This document shows, piece by piece, positions 31,969 through 41,991 of a DNA stretch of 64,000 bases. Position numbers and translations under genes: made by a program. Each line of letters opens with the position of its first letter. Position 1 is the stretch's first letter. The stretch spans positions 160,001 through 224,000 of the forward strand of contig JAXHVD010000001.1 in NCBI GenBank assembly GCA_034189385.1, in the 5' to 3' direction. Source of the stretch: Thermodesulfobacteriota bacterium. Its GTDB lineage: Bacteria > Desulfobacterota > Desulfobacteria > Desulfobacterales > C00003060. A model generated the notes under the pieces. It was given only the letters and a program-made list of their open reading frames with translations. It ran no database searches and was not told the DNA's origin.

Positions 31969-32586
31969 ATGACAGATAAGCAATGGTTGGTTTTGGCTAC
32001 GCAGAACCCTGGAAAAACCAGGGAGATAACGGAGCTTTTGAAAGATTTTCCTGTTATCATCAAGAACTTGGACGATTTTGGTCCCATACCGAACGTTGAG
32101 GAAGACGGGGCTACATTTGATGAAAATGCCTTTAAGAAGGCATCCTTTACGGCCAAGGTCCTTGGGTTACCGGCCCTGGCAGACGATTCCGGCCTAGAGG
32201 TGGAAGCGTTGGGAGGTGCCCCAGGGGTCCATTCGGCCCGCTATGCAGGACCGTCTGCCACTGATCAGGAGAGAATGGCCAAATTACTCCAGGAGATGGA
32301 AGGGAAGACAAACCGGGCGGCAGCCTTTATGTGCGTGATTTCCATAGCAGTTCCATCTGGCGTTGCCCTCACCTATGAAGGTCGGTGTGAAGGGGTGATT
32401 GCCGAGGCCCCTGCCGGGGAGAATGGGTTTGGTTATGATCCCGTCTTCTATTACCCGCCCCTGAGGAAGACCTTTGCCCAGCTTTCTGGAGAGGAAAAGA
32501 ATCGGGTCAGCCACCGGGGAACGGCCCTGGCAGAACTGAAAGAGGAGTTTGACAAAGTCTTGGTCTGGATTCGGCAGCACTTGTAA
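31969..32586 (+). CDS. rdgB: XTP/dITP diphosphatase
   Basis: ATQNPGK, ADDSGL, GFGYDP, SHRG. Confidence 0.95.
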   Translation: MTDKQWLVLATQNPGKTREITELLKDFPVIIKNLDDFGPIPNVEEDGATFDENAFKKASFTAKVLGLPALADDSGLEVEALGGAPGVHSARYAGPSATDQERMAKLLQEMEGKTNRAAAFMCVISIAVPSGVALTYEGRCEGVIAEAPAGENGFGYDPVFYYPPLRKTFAQLSGEEKNRVSHRGTALAELKEEFDKVLVWIRQHL

Positions 32587-32702
32587 CATTTTTCGGCGCC
32601 TTTTCCTGAGGCTTTTTTGTTGACACCGTTTGAACCATAATATTATGGTGGCTCGGAACAATACCCAGCAGGGAACTGGGATAAGGCTTGGAGGATTCTG
32701 GT

Positions 32703-33941
32703 ATGAACAGAAAGAGAGTCGTTATTACTGGGGTGGGACCTGTAACGCCTATCGGCTGTGGTAAGGAAGCATTCTGGGACGCCCTCATGGAGGGAAAGTC
32801 CGGTGTTGACCTTATATCAAGGTTTGACACGTCTAACTTCAAGACCAGGATAGGGGCAGAGATTAGGGACTTCAACCCCAAAGACTACGGCATTAACCCG
32901 AAGGATGCCAAGAGAATGGATCTCTTCACCCAGTACGGGGTTGCTGCGGCATCTCTTGCCATCAAAGATGCCGACCTCGATTTGGCCGAATACAACGACA
33001 GTGTGGGGACGATGATAGGAACGGGGATCGGGGGGTTAATGACCCTTGAAGAGGAGAAGAGGAAGCTCATTGAAAGCAAGAACCCCTCAAGGGTGAGTCC
33101 CTTTCTCATCCCCATGATGATGCCGAATGCGGTGAATGCCTATGTGAGTATTCTCCACAAGCTCACAGGGACCAGTCCTTGCACGGCCAATGCCTGTGCC
33201 ACAGGTGCCTATGCTCTGATCTATGCTGATAAGGACATTGCCTTGGGAGATTTCGATGTCATCATAGCCGGTGGCAGCGAGGCGATCCTCACCGAGATTG
33301 CGGCAAGCTCATTTGCCAACATGAAGGCCTTGTCTCGAAGAAATGACGATCCCCAAAGGGCTTGTCGACCCTTTGACAAAGACAGGGACGGCTTCGTTAT
33401 AGGGGAGGGCGCAGGGGTGATGGTCCTTGAAAGCCTTGAGCACGCCTTAGCCAGAGGGGCAAAAATCTATGCAGAGATCGTGGGGTATACGACCAACACA
33501 GATGCCTATCATATTACAGCCCCCGATCCAGGGGCTCGCATGGTCAAGAAGGCCATTCGCGATTCCCTCAACATGGCAGGCATAGAGCCCACAGAGGTCG
33601 ATTATGTCAACGCCCATGGCACGTCCACTCCACTCAATGACAAGGCAGAAGCCGTTGCTATTAGAGAAGTCTTTGGGGACTACAGGGTTCCGGTCAGTTC
33701 CACCAAGTCCATGATTGGGCACCTTATCGGGGCAGCAGGGGCTGTTGAAGCCATTGCCTGTGCCATGGCTATGGAAAAACAGATTATCCCGCCCAACGTG
33801 AATTACGAGAGCCCAGACCCGGAGATGGATCTTAATATCATCACCGAGCCCACGCCTGCAAAGATAGATGTGGCTATGAATAACTCCTTTGGCTTCGGTG
33901 GGCACAATGCCGTTATGGTGCTGAAGAGATACGGCGGATAG
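32703..33941 (+). CDS. fabF: Beta-ketoacyl-ACP synthase II
   Basis: ACATG, NAHGTST, KSMIGH, NSFGFGG. Confidence 0.95.
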   Translation: MNRKRVVITGVGPVTPIGCGKEAFWDALMEGKSGVDLISRFDTSNFKTRIGAEIRDFNPKDYGINPKDAKRMDLFTQYGVAAASLAIKDADLDLAEYNDSVGTMIGTGIGGLMTLEEEKRKLIESKNPSRVSPFLIPMMMPNAVNAYVSILHKLTGTSPCTANACATGAYALIYADKDIALGDFDVIIAGGSEAILTEIAASSFANMKALSRRNDDPQRACRPFDKDRDGFVIGEGAGVMVLESLEHALARGAKIYAEIVGYTTNTDAYHITAPDPGARMVKKAIRDSLNMAGIEPTEVDYVNAHGTSTPLNDKAEAVAIREVFGDYRVPVSSTKSMIGHLIGAAGAVEAIACAMAMEKQIIPPNVNYESPDPEMDLNIITEPTPAKIDVAMNNSFGFGGHNAVMVLKRYGG

Positions 33942-33968
33942 AAGAAAGGGGCGGCCCTCCTGGGCAGC

Positions 33969-34256
33969 CTAGGGTTTCAACAGCGATTTGATACGATGGC
34001 AGGTGGCCGACCGTACCTGTACCTTCTTGGCCCTGCTACGGTGTCCGTGAACGATCTCCACGTCTGATTTTCTCACCTTCAAGGACTTGGCCAAAAATTC
34101 CACGCACATCTTGTTGGCAGCCCCCTCAACTGGAGGGGCCGTCAACTTGAGCTTTAGGGCGTCGCCCTGTAAGCCCACAATTTCATTCCTTGCCCCCCTG
34201 GGTTGGACGGCCACCTTGAATACGACCCCGTTTTTAGTTTCTCGCATCCAAAGCAT
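33969..34256 (-). CDS. DUF167 (YggU) protein
   Basis: VQPR, APPVEGAAN, G..SR.K. Confidence 0.9.
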   Translation of the reverse strand: MLWMRETKNGVVFKVAVQPRGARNEIVGLQGDALKLKLTAPPVEGAANKMCVEFLAKSLKVRKSDVEIVHGHRSRAKKVQVRSATCHRIKSLLKP

Positions 34257-34528
34257 AGGCGTAAGTTCTCAACAAGTTCGGGCAAAGCTCCTAAGGTGAA
34301 GTCGGCCGAGAGCCATTTTCAAATAAAACGATCTGTCGCCCTCGGTTTTCAAGAAACAACACACAGGCCAGCCAATGGTCATGGGGTACGTCGCAGTCGA
34401 AAACCCGCGGACAACACCGCTCATCGAAAAAAGAGCCATTTATGGATGGACACTAGGCTAGCCAATGGTCCCGGGTGTGACCGGTTTTCAGGAAACGGAA
34501 GTTGCTTCAAAGGCCGCCTGTCGTGCCA

Positions 34529-35989
34529 TCACACTGTCTGTTCCTTTATCTGGTTGATGATTTGGGTTGAGGAAACAGGTTCAGTAATCTGGATAAGGGC
34601 GACGCGGCCATTGTACTTTTCCACGATTTTCCGACCCAACACCGTTTCAGTGGTGTAATTGCTCCCTTTAGTGAGGATATTGGGGCGAATGGCCTCGATG
34701 AGGGGCTCAAGATCGTTGGTCGAAAAAAGGGTCACATGGTCTACGCAATCGAGGGCGCTGATAATGCCGAGCCGCTCTCGAGCGCCAATAATAGGACGGT
34801 CTTTTCCCTTCAGCATCCGCACCGAGTCATCATCGTCAATGGCCACAATGAGCACGTCGCCCATCTTCTTGGAGGAAGAGAGCAGTTTCACATGTCCAAC
34901 GTGGAGCAGATCAAAACACCCGTTCGTCATGACAATGGTCTTGCCTTCAGCCCTGAGACCCTCTGCCAGGGCGGTCAACTCTGACACGGTTTTATACTTG
35001 TCGGCTAAGGCCTCCACAGACGGTGAAAGCGCCTTGGCAAGTTCTTCCGCAGAGACCGATGCCGTGCCTACCTTGCCCACGACAATACCTGCTGCCACGT
35101 TGGCCAGGCCTGCCGCCTGTTGCAAAGACGCTCCAGAGGCCAGGACCAATCCGAGCACAGCCAAGACCGTGTCACCGGCCCCTGATACATCGAAGACCTG
35201 TCGAACGTCTGCTGCAATCCTGTGGGGCGTCTTACTGTTTTCAAACAACACCATACCGTCCTTGCCGCAGGTGATGAGCACCTGTTGGGTCTGAATCTCG
35301 CGGAGCAATGCCTTGCCTGCGGCCATTAAGGACTCATGGTCGACAATTTCTATGCCCGTTGCTAAAGAGGCCTCCTTTTTGTTGGGCGTAAGGAGAGTTG
35401 CGCCCGTGTATTTTTTAAAATCGAGTCCTTTAGGGTCCACAATCACAGGCCGTTGCCTTTTGTCCGCCTCTTCAATGACCTGTCGCAACAAGGTGTCTGT
35501 AAGGAGCCCTTTGCCATAGTCGGAAAGAAGGACAATGTCGAACTCGTCAATACGGTCTCTAAGAAATTGAGCTAACTGGTTCGCTTGCTCGTCGGATATC
35601 TCCTGTCTTGTTTCCCGATCGATCCGAAGCACGTGCTGATGGCCGCCTATGATCCGTGTCTTTCTGGTTGTTGGTCTCCCTGGGTCTTGGATCAGACCGG
35701 TGGTGTCCACCCTTCGTTCCGTAAACATGTTGAGCATTGAACCCGCCTTATCGTCTGTCCCTATGATCCCAGCCACGGCCACTTGCGCACCGAGGGCCAC
35801 TAGGTTGTTCACCACGTTTCCTGCCCCGCCCAAGGTCGTGGTGTCCCGTAGCACCGAGACCACCTGTACGGGTGCCTCAGGGGATATGCGATCTACCTCA
35901 CCCCAGAGGTATTCGTCGATCATCAGGTCGCCCATCACTAGGACGTGGCACCTATGAAATCTTGACACATCAACACTCAAAACAGCCAT
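34529..35989 (-). CDS. hldE: Bifunctional heptose-7-phosphate kinase / heptose-1-phosphate adenylyltransferase
   Basis: RISPEAPV, DVSGAGDT, TNGCFDLLHVGH. Confidence 0.95.
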   Translation of the reverse strand: MAVLSVDVSRFHRCHVLVMGDLMIDEYLWGEVDRISPEAPVQVVSVLRDTTTLGGAGNVVNNLVALGAQVAVAGIIGTDDKAGSMLNMFTERRVDTTGLIQDPGRPTTRKTRIIGGHQHVLRIDRETRQEISDEQANQLAQFLRDRIDEFDIVLLSDYGKGLLTDTLLRQVIEEADKRQRPVIVDPKGLDFKKYTGATLLTPNKKEASLATGIEIVDHESLMAAGKALLREIQTQQVLITCGKDGMVLFENSKTPHRIAADVRQVFDVSGAGDTVLAVLGLVLASGASLQQAAGLANVAAGIVVGKVGTASVSAEELAKALSPSVEALADKYKTVSELTALAEGLRAEGKTIVMTNGCFDLLHVGHVKLLSSSKKMGDVLIVAIDDDDSVRMLKGKDRPIIGARERLGIISALDCVDHVTLFSTNDLEPLIEAIRPNILTKGSNYTTETVLGRKIVEKYNGRVALIQITEPVSSTQIINQIKEQTV

Positions 35990-36159
35990 CTAGACCCCAT
36001 TCGTCGAAGATCACTGCCTTTCTATTACTATTGAATGATCATGGAGGCAAGGGGCAATTGCACAGGCCTCAGGCTTGATAAATGCGTTTACGCAATCCAC
36101 TGAAGATATAGATTGACTCCTCTTTGCATTTCCTTGTAAATGATAGTGCTTCGACTCTA

Positions 36160-36264
36160 TTGAATCCTCCCTGTGGCGACTCGACTGCCCTCGGCCATGA
36201 GCTCGGGCCGAATGGAACTCGTCGAAGTCAAGCCACGGGAAATGCGCTTGCTTATTCGGTTCAA
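36160..36264. repeat. REP-like element (ttgaa...ttcaa), related to 58913-59018
   Basis: ccctgtggc/gccacggg stem plus aatgcgcttgcttattcggttcaa; a near reverse complement starts at 58913. Confidence 0.7.
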
Positions 36265-36371
36265 CGGGGTGGCGTGTCGCAGTCTACCTCCATCGTGGGT
36301 CGACAAGAGTGGGCCCCAAGACTCGATGCCCAACAGCCCGTTCATACGAACTGATGTACAGAAAGGCTCAC

Positions 36372-36851
36372 ATGTTGGAACTAAAAAGAATTCTAGTGGC
36401 GACTGATTTTTCTAGATGCTCTGAAACAGCTTTTAAGTATGCTAAATTTATTGCAAAGCGCTTTTCTGCCAGCATCGAGATCCTCCATGTTGTAGACAAG
36501 AGAGATGTAGAGAAGATTGCCGAGCTCTATGGGGAGTCAGAAGATAGCGTCTCCCAGAGGCTGTGCCTGCAAGCCAAAGAAAGGTATCAGGCCTTTTTGG
36601 CTGAGCACCTCCAAGATGGGACAGTCTTCGAGCAAGAGGTGGCAGTGGGGATTCCTTTTCAAACCATTGCGCTCAAAGCCCAAGAACGGGCTGTTGACAT
36701 GATTGTGATGGGTGGACATGGAAAGATGGGTTCTGGCCAGATCGATAAGATCTTTTTCGGAAGCAGGGCTGAAAGGGTCGTGAGGATACTCCCTTGTCCG
36801 GTCCTGTGTGTTCCACCAGAGACTGCCGATCCACAGACATCCTCGGGATAG
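36372..36851 (+). CDS. Universal stress protein
   Basis: ILVATDFS, DMIVMG, GSRAERVVR..PCPVL. Confidence 0.92.
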   Translation: MLELKRILVATDFSRCSETAFKYAKFIAKRFSASIEILHVVDKRDVEKIAELYGESEDSVSQRLCLQAKERYQAFLAEHLQDGTVFEQEVAVGIPFQTIALKAQERAVDMIVMGGHGKMGSGQIDKIFFGSRAERVVRILPCPVLCVPPETADPQTSSG

Positions 36852-36902
36852 AAGGCGTGTCGATTCGGGGGTTGCCCGCCGCCGCCAGAAGGAGGCTGCG
36901 GT

Positions 36903-37835
36903 TCAGCCGGCTGGAAAGTTGGCCTCATAGCGTTTCCAGAACGCCCTTTGGGTAAATCGGTGCTCTTGTGTGCCGTGATACTCTACGGCGTAGCTTGCGC
37001 ACGTGGCGCCCATGCGGGCGGCCTCGGACAGATCTTTCTTCATGGCCAGGCCTTTGATCAGTCCTGCCCGATAGGCGTCTCCAGCCCCAGTAGGGTCCAA
37101 GACTTGAGAGGCCTTGGCGGCAGCGACCTTGGTCTCCCCATTTCGGGTTGAAACAAGAGACCCGTCTTCTCCCAAAGTCGTGATAATAGCCTCGGTGTGT
37201 TGAAGAAGTTGGTTCTTTTTGAGCCCCGTGTTCCGTATAATCATTTCCAGTTCATAGTCATTGGAGATCAACAGGCTGGAGCCCTTGATAGCAGCTATCA
37301 AATGGTCTGCTGAAAGGGCTGGGATGGACTGACCGGGGTCGAATATATAGGCTACGCCCTCTTCTTGCCATGTGCGGGCATAGGAAATCATGTCTTGCAG
37401 GTTGCCCGGTGCTATGATGCCTAGTGATGCCTTGGGGTCTACACCATCGAATGTGAATGATGAGGGGTACTTCATGGCCCCCGGGTTAAACCCGGTGATC
37501 TGATTGTCGGATTTGTCCGTCGTGATGTAAGCCCCTGCAGTCAATTCCTCTGGAATGCGGCAAACTCCTCTCAGGGAAAGGTGGCGTTCCCGCAGCCATG
37601 CTTCATATCTGTCAAAATCTTTGCCCGCTGAAGCTAAAATGATGGGCTCTTCCCCCAACAGGGCAAGACTGTATGCGATGTTACCGGCTGTGCCGCCGAA
37701 CTTTTCCTTCAGGCCATTCACCGTAAAGCAGATGTTAAGGACGTGAATCTTATCGGGTAGAATATGATCTGAGAATCTCCCCGGAAAGTCCATAATTCTG
37801 TCGTAGGCTAAAGAACCGGAGACAAAAATGTTCAT
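36903..37835 (-). CDS. PfkB-family carbohydrate/adenosine kinase
   Basis: GSLAYD, GGTAGNIAY, DPTGAGD. Confidence 0.92.
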   Translation of the reverse strand: MNIFVSGSLAYDRIMDFPGRFSDHILPDKIHVLNICFTVNGLKEKFGGTAGNIAYSLALLGEEPIILASAGKDFDRYEAWLRERHLSLRGVCRIPEELTAGAYITTDKSDNQITGFNPGAMKYPSSFTFDGVDPKASLGIIAPGNLQDMISYARTWQEEGVAYIFDPGQSIPALSADHLIAAIKGSSLLISNDYELEMIIRNTGLKKNQLLQHTEAIITTLGEDGSLVSTRNGETKVAAAKASQVLDPTGAGDAYRAGLIKGLAMKKDLSEAARMGATCASYAVEYHGTQEHRFTQRAFWKRYEANFPAG

Positions 37836-37850
37836 ACGAAGGCTCCTCTG

Positions 37851-40079
37851 CTAGCTGCTCTGTTCCAAAGGCAAGGATATGGTGATCACGACGCAGTTGT
37901 CCTTCTTCTTGTTCACGTTGATAATACCGCCGTGTTTATGAATCACTACGCTACAAATGGGCACATCAATGATATCTCTGTCCCGAACCCCGCTTTCAAA
38001 GGGATAGTCGATGACAAAGGGATAAAAGAAGTGCTCTATGTCATCATCGGAAATGTATGGTACTTCGTAGGCAAGGATGACGGTGGCATATCCGCCGTTT
38101 CTCCCGGTCGTTACTTCAATCTCTCCCTTCTGGCGCATTCTGTAGAATGCGTTTTCCATGAGATTGATAAGGACCTTTTCGAATAGCTGGCAGTCCAGTT
38201 TTAACATGTGGGGGTTCTTATCCAAGCACGATTTGACTGAAAAGTCTTTGTCATGGAATTCAGCCTCTATCTGCTGAATAGCCCTCTGGACAACACTGTT
38301 CAGATCACAGGAACGGAGCTGAATCGACTTAGGTTCGATATAGGCCGTCATCATCTTGAGTATTCTTTCAAGTTTCTTCACTTCCTCTACGATGAGCTCG
38401 CCCTTTTTTCTTCTTGGATCCGATGCCTCAAAGGATTTCAGCAGGCGCCTGGTCAGCCCCCCTATGGAGGTGAGAGGATTTCCGATCTCGTGGGCGAGCC
38501 GGGCCGAGACCTCACTCAGGGTCTCCAGTTCTTCGGTTTGTACGATTCTTTCCTGAAGCTCTTTCCGTGCGGTGACGTCCAGTATAACGCCATCCATCCT
38601 GATGAGTCCATTTTGCTCGTCAAGCACGGGAACAGCATGATCAACGACATAGACCGTATGGCCGTCTCTGTGCGTCATGCGATACTCTGCGTGGAACTCT
38701 CTACCCTGTTGGAGACACTCGTCGAACTGGGCAAGAACACGTGTCCTGTCAGGGGAGTGGATGTGTTCAGCCCATGCTTCGTGATGTCCGCTCAACTCTT
38801 GTGGTTCCACCCCCAAAATCTCTTCAACAAAGCGGTTCAAAAAAATGGCTGTCCTATCAGGCATCACAAGATAGACAATGACCGGTACATGTTCGACGAG
38901 GGTTCGATAGGTTTTTTCAGATTCTTCCAGGGCCTTGGTCCGATGCTCAACCATCTGTTCCAGGTTCTCTGCATAATCCTTTATTTTTTTCCGTGACTCT
39001 TCCAAGGAGACCAACATATCATTGATGGCGCGGGCCATGATTCCTAGCTCATCGGCGCTCTTTACTGTGATTCTGGTATCACGCTGGCCCCCAGCGATGT
39101 CTTTGGTTGCAGTGACAACCTTTCCGATGCGTTTGGTAAAAACCACGGATATGAACCAGACAAAAGACATGGACAAGGCAAGGCCGATAAGGCCAATGGC
39201 AATGGCAATGGATCCATATCGCTTGAGCAGGGCCAATGTTGAGCCCCGATCAACATGAATCTCCACCACGGCCGCAATCTTGGAAGAAAAATCACGAACC
39301 GGCCCGGCCACGAAGGCAATATCCCGGCCTTTCCATTTGGTAGTGTCAAATACCACCTCTCCTGAGTGAAAGGACTTGATGAAGAGTTCTCGTGAAAAAG
39401 GGGCGTGGCTCATCGTTGAGGCAATGCCCATTGGTTTTTGGCTGCCAGGTTTTTCCGGTACATAGAGGGTCAGGTCTACTCCATAGCTTGCCTTAAACTC
39501 ATCAAGTAGGGGCTCCTCAAAAGATTCTCCAAGCCCCAATGTGCCAACCTGCTCACCCTCAAAAAAGACCGGTACGACACCGCGCACTCCAAAACCGGTA
39601 ACGCCCCATTCTAGACCCCCAACGCCCTCACCGGTATCCCTGGCAACGTTGATGGTGTGCCTGTAGGCTTGCATCTCCTCTCCATATTGACCTGGCAAAT
39701 GAAGACGCAAGAAAGAGGTGGCAGGAGGCACATGGAAGTGAAATTGCTTGATCCCAAAGTTTTCGTGTAACTGTTCGTAGGTGGGATGAAGGAGCTCTAT
39801 CAATCGGTTCCGGTCCCTCTTGGCAAAGGTCTCAGCCACAACAGGGTTCTGGGCCACTGCATAGGCCAGGCTCAGGGCGAGATCCCCTTTGGCCTTAATG
39901 AGATCCAAGAAGTACTGATAACTATTCTTAAGTCGTTTTTCTTCGTTTAAGTGAATCAGATCGGCCTGGAAACGATAGGACACCACAAATAGAGCGGTGG
40001 CGCCCACAAATGCAAGGGAAAGGAATGGAATAAGGAGTTTCCACTTAAGGCTAATATCGTGCAACCGGTTCAAGCTCAA
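37851..40079 (-). CDS. Cache-HAMP-PAS sensor histidine kinase with degenerate HATPase
   Basis: Two TMs, HAMP (DELG), PAS, H-box AHEIGNPL; G1 and G2 boxes absent. Confidence 0.85.
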   Translation of the reverse strand: MSLNRLHDISLKWKLLIPFLSLAFVGATALFVVSYRFQADLIHLNEEKRLKNSYQYFLDLIKAKGDLALSLAYAVAQNPVVAETFAKRDRNRLIELLHPTYEQLHENFGIKQFHFHVPPATSFLRLHLPGQYGEEMQAYRHTINVARDTGEGVGGLEWGVTGFGVRGVVPVFFEGEQVGTLGLGESFEEPLLDEFKASYGVDLTLYVPEKPGSQKPMGIASTMSHAPFSRELFIKSFHSGEVVFDTTKWKGRDIAFVAGPVRDFSSKIAAVVEIHVDRGSTLALLKRYGSIAIAIGLIGLALSMSFVWFISVVFTKRIGKVVTATKDIAGGQRDTRITVKSADELGIMARAINDMLVSLEESRKKIKDYAENLEQMVEHRTKALEESEKTYRTLVEHVPVIVYLVMPDRTAIFLNRFVEEILGVEPQELSGHHEAWAEHIHSPDRTRVLAQFDECLQQGREFHAEYRMTHRDGHTVYVVDHAVPVLDEQNGLIRMDGVILDVTARKELQERIVQTEELETLSEVSARLAHEIGNPLTSIGGLTRRLLKSFEASDPRRKKGELIVEEVKKLERILKMMTAYIEPKSIQLRSCDLNSVVQRAIQQIEAEFHDKDFSVKSCLDKNPHMLKLDCQLFEKVLINLMENAFYRMRQKGEIEVTTGRNGGYATVILAYEVPYISDDDIEHFFYPFVIDYPFESGVRDRDIIDVPICSVVIHKHGGIINVNKKKDNCVVITISLPLEQSS

Positions 40080-40124
40080 CGATATTTCCTAATAGCATCT
40101 TTCATCTTCTACTTACAGGTTCAC

Positions 40125-40853
40125 TCAGCCACTCTGCGAGCGGACCCTGATTGCCCAGCTGTCAAAGAGTCTATTGTATCGTATGATATGTGTTGACCCG
40201 TCATCCGTCTCTACTTTGAAATAATCGGCAACTCCCGATTTTGTGTCTATACTGGCGTCATACCAACGGTCAAGGATCTTCGTGATGTGAAATGTCCCGC
40301 CTTTCCATTCAAAGGATCGTGGGGATTCATTTGCCCTATAACCCTCATAGCAACTCATCTGAATGGGTGCGAAGACCACCGTGGGGCTGGACAGATATTC
40401 TGCCAGGCCTGAAACTGCATCCTCAATATCAAGAAAGCAGAAACGATATGCCTCATATTGAAGCCCATACGGATCGGCAATGCCTCGCCTTCTGGAGCCA
40501 TGACGCCCAAAGTGCCTGAGCAACAAGACCTTTCCAGCTGCGTCAGGAATCGCAGATAAAAGGGTCTCTTCCTGAGATCTTTCCATGACCAAGACAAGGT
40601 CGGACCAGGCCAGAAGGCTCTCGGACGCAGATTTTGCCCTGTGGTCTGAGAGATCCACGCCGAATTCCTCAGCAGCTTGTTGGGCCAGGTGCGTCACACC
40701 ATTACCCGGAAGGGCGAGTAGACCTGCCGAGTCCACTGCAATGCCTTTAAGGCCTTTTTCTGCAACAATGTTCTTTAACAAGCCTTCAGCAAAGGGACTG
40801 CGACATATGTTTCCCGTGCATACAAACAAAATGTTGTGTATCTGGCCAGTCAT
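40125..40853 (-). CDS. LMW protein-tyrosine/arginine phosphatase fused to a DUF6504-like C-terminal domain (start may extend to 40922)
   Basis: FVCTGNICRS and IADPY motifs; C-terminal YEGYRANESPRSF..DRWY..YFKV. Confidence 0.85.
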   Translation of the reverse strand: MTGQIHNILFVCTGNICRSPFAEGLLKNIVAEKGLKGIAVDSAGLLALPGNGVTHLAQQAAEEFGVDLSDHRAKSASESLLAWSDLVLVMERSQEETLLSAIPDAAGKVLLLRHFGRHGSRRRGIADPYGLQYEAYRFCFLDIEDAVSGLAEYLSSPTVVFAPIQMSCYEGYRANESPRSFEWKGGTFHITKILDRWYDASIDTKSGVADYFKVETDDGSTHIIRYNRLFDSWAIRVRSQSG

Positions 40854-40922
40854 GTCAAAAAGCTTGGGAGTGTGCATCCAGACCAAAAGTGGCCCGTGGG
40901 AAATAGCAGTGATAAGTTCCAA

Positions 40923-41408
40923 TTAGTCAATGGCCTCGCACGGCGGGGCCTTTTCCCGGAGGCTCCTTTTCCTTTCCTCTGTCAATACCTGTTTCAGCTT
41001 CCAGGTTGTCTGGCTAAATGCATCCTTTTTCTTAATAAGGAGCCAATTGTTCTTATCTTGTCCTTTCATCTTGACAAGGGTGAAAGCTCCTTTGAGCCTA
41101 TTGCCGTCAAGGACCATGCTGATTTTCCCAGATTCCACGGCCTTTAACGGATCTTGTTCCTCAAGGAGGCTGTAAGCACCTTCGTCCCACACCAATACCG
41201 GACCCGCCCCAGAGTGACCTACCGGGATGATTCCCTCAAAACCGAAGTAGTCCAAGGGGTGGTCATGTACCATGACTGCCAGTCTCTTCTCTGTCGGATT
41301 CATAGATGGCCCTTTGGGCAGGGCCCATGATTTCAAGACCCCGGCCATCTCCAGTCGAAAATCGTAGTGGAGACGCCGCGCGTGATGTTCCTGTATCACA
41401 AAACGCAT
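40923..41408 (-). CDS. Stand-alone LigD 3'-phosphoesterase domain protein
   Basis: FVIQEHHARRLHYDFRLE, LKSWALPKGP, EG.IP, VWDEG, WLLIK. Confidence 0.93.
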   Translation of the reverse strand: MRFVIQEHHARRLHYDFRLEMAGVLKSWALPKGPSMNPTEKRLAVMVHDHPLDYFGFEGIIPVGHSGAGPVLVWDEGAYSLLEEQDPLKAVESGKISMVLDGNRLKGAFTLVKMKGQDKNNWLLIKKKDAFSQTTWKLKQVLTEERKRSLREKAPPCEAID

Positions 41409-41991
41409 TTCAATGATTCACCACAAACCCCACCGCTGATTCCGGTGGCCGCCCCCAAGGCTCGACACGTTGGGCGTACGAGAAATCCTGTCTATGTAAC
41501 CACTCTCATGCCCATGAGAGACGGTGCCTTCGGGGTGCCATCATGTCAAACAGACAGTAGACCATAGAGCGCCGGATTGCAAGTATCACCTCCTGCGGGT
41601 TCCAACATTCTGTAATAAAATGGCATTTGGGCAATTTCAAAAACACATTCGAAGCGTTTTCAAAGGAGTGTCCTTGTTTCCTATCTCATGGTTCAGGCCC
41701 TCCTCTTTTTGATGTGGCTCGCTTCCATCCATAAATGGCGCGTCAATCCACAGGCAGGGGGTAAAATGACACTCTTGAACAACCTGATTATGTTTGACAA
41801 TTTTTTCTTTTTGCAGCAACATTCGAGATGAAGCCGTTGACAATGATCCTCCCCACACCCGCCACCATTTCAGCCTTCGTGTGCCTTTGGCAAACGTTGG
41901 CCAAGCCTATCCAAGGGGGCGGAAGTCGTGTGACCCTGTAGTAAGCCCCAGGGAATCACCAAGGAGAAAAAGGAGTCTGTTCAGATACGCT

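Noticed and set aside
34365..34470. Two copies of aggcYagccaatggtc, 90 bp apart
   Set aside because: Only two short copies and no cas genes, so not a CRISPR array.
41905..41960. SAM-I riboswitch-like start upstream of ispG
   Set aside because: Lacks the GCAACC and GGTGC core and the P1 closing strand.
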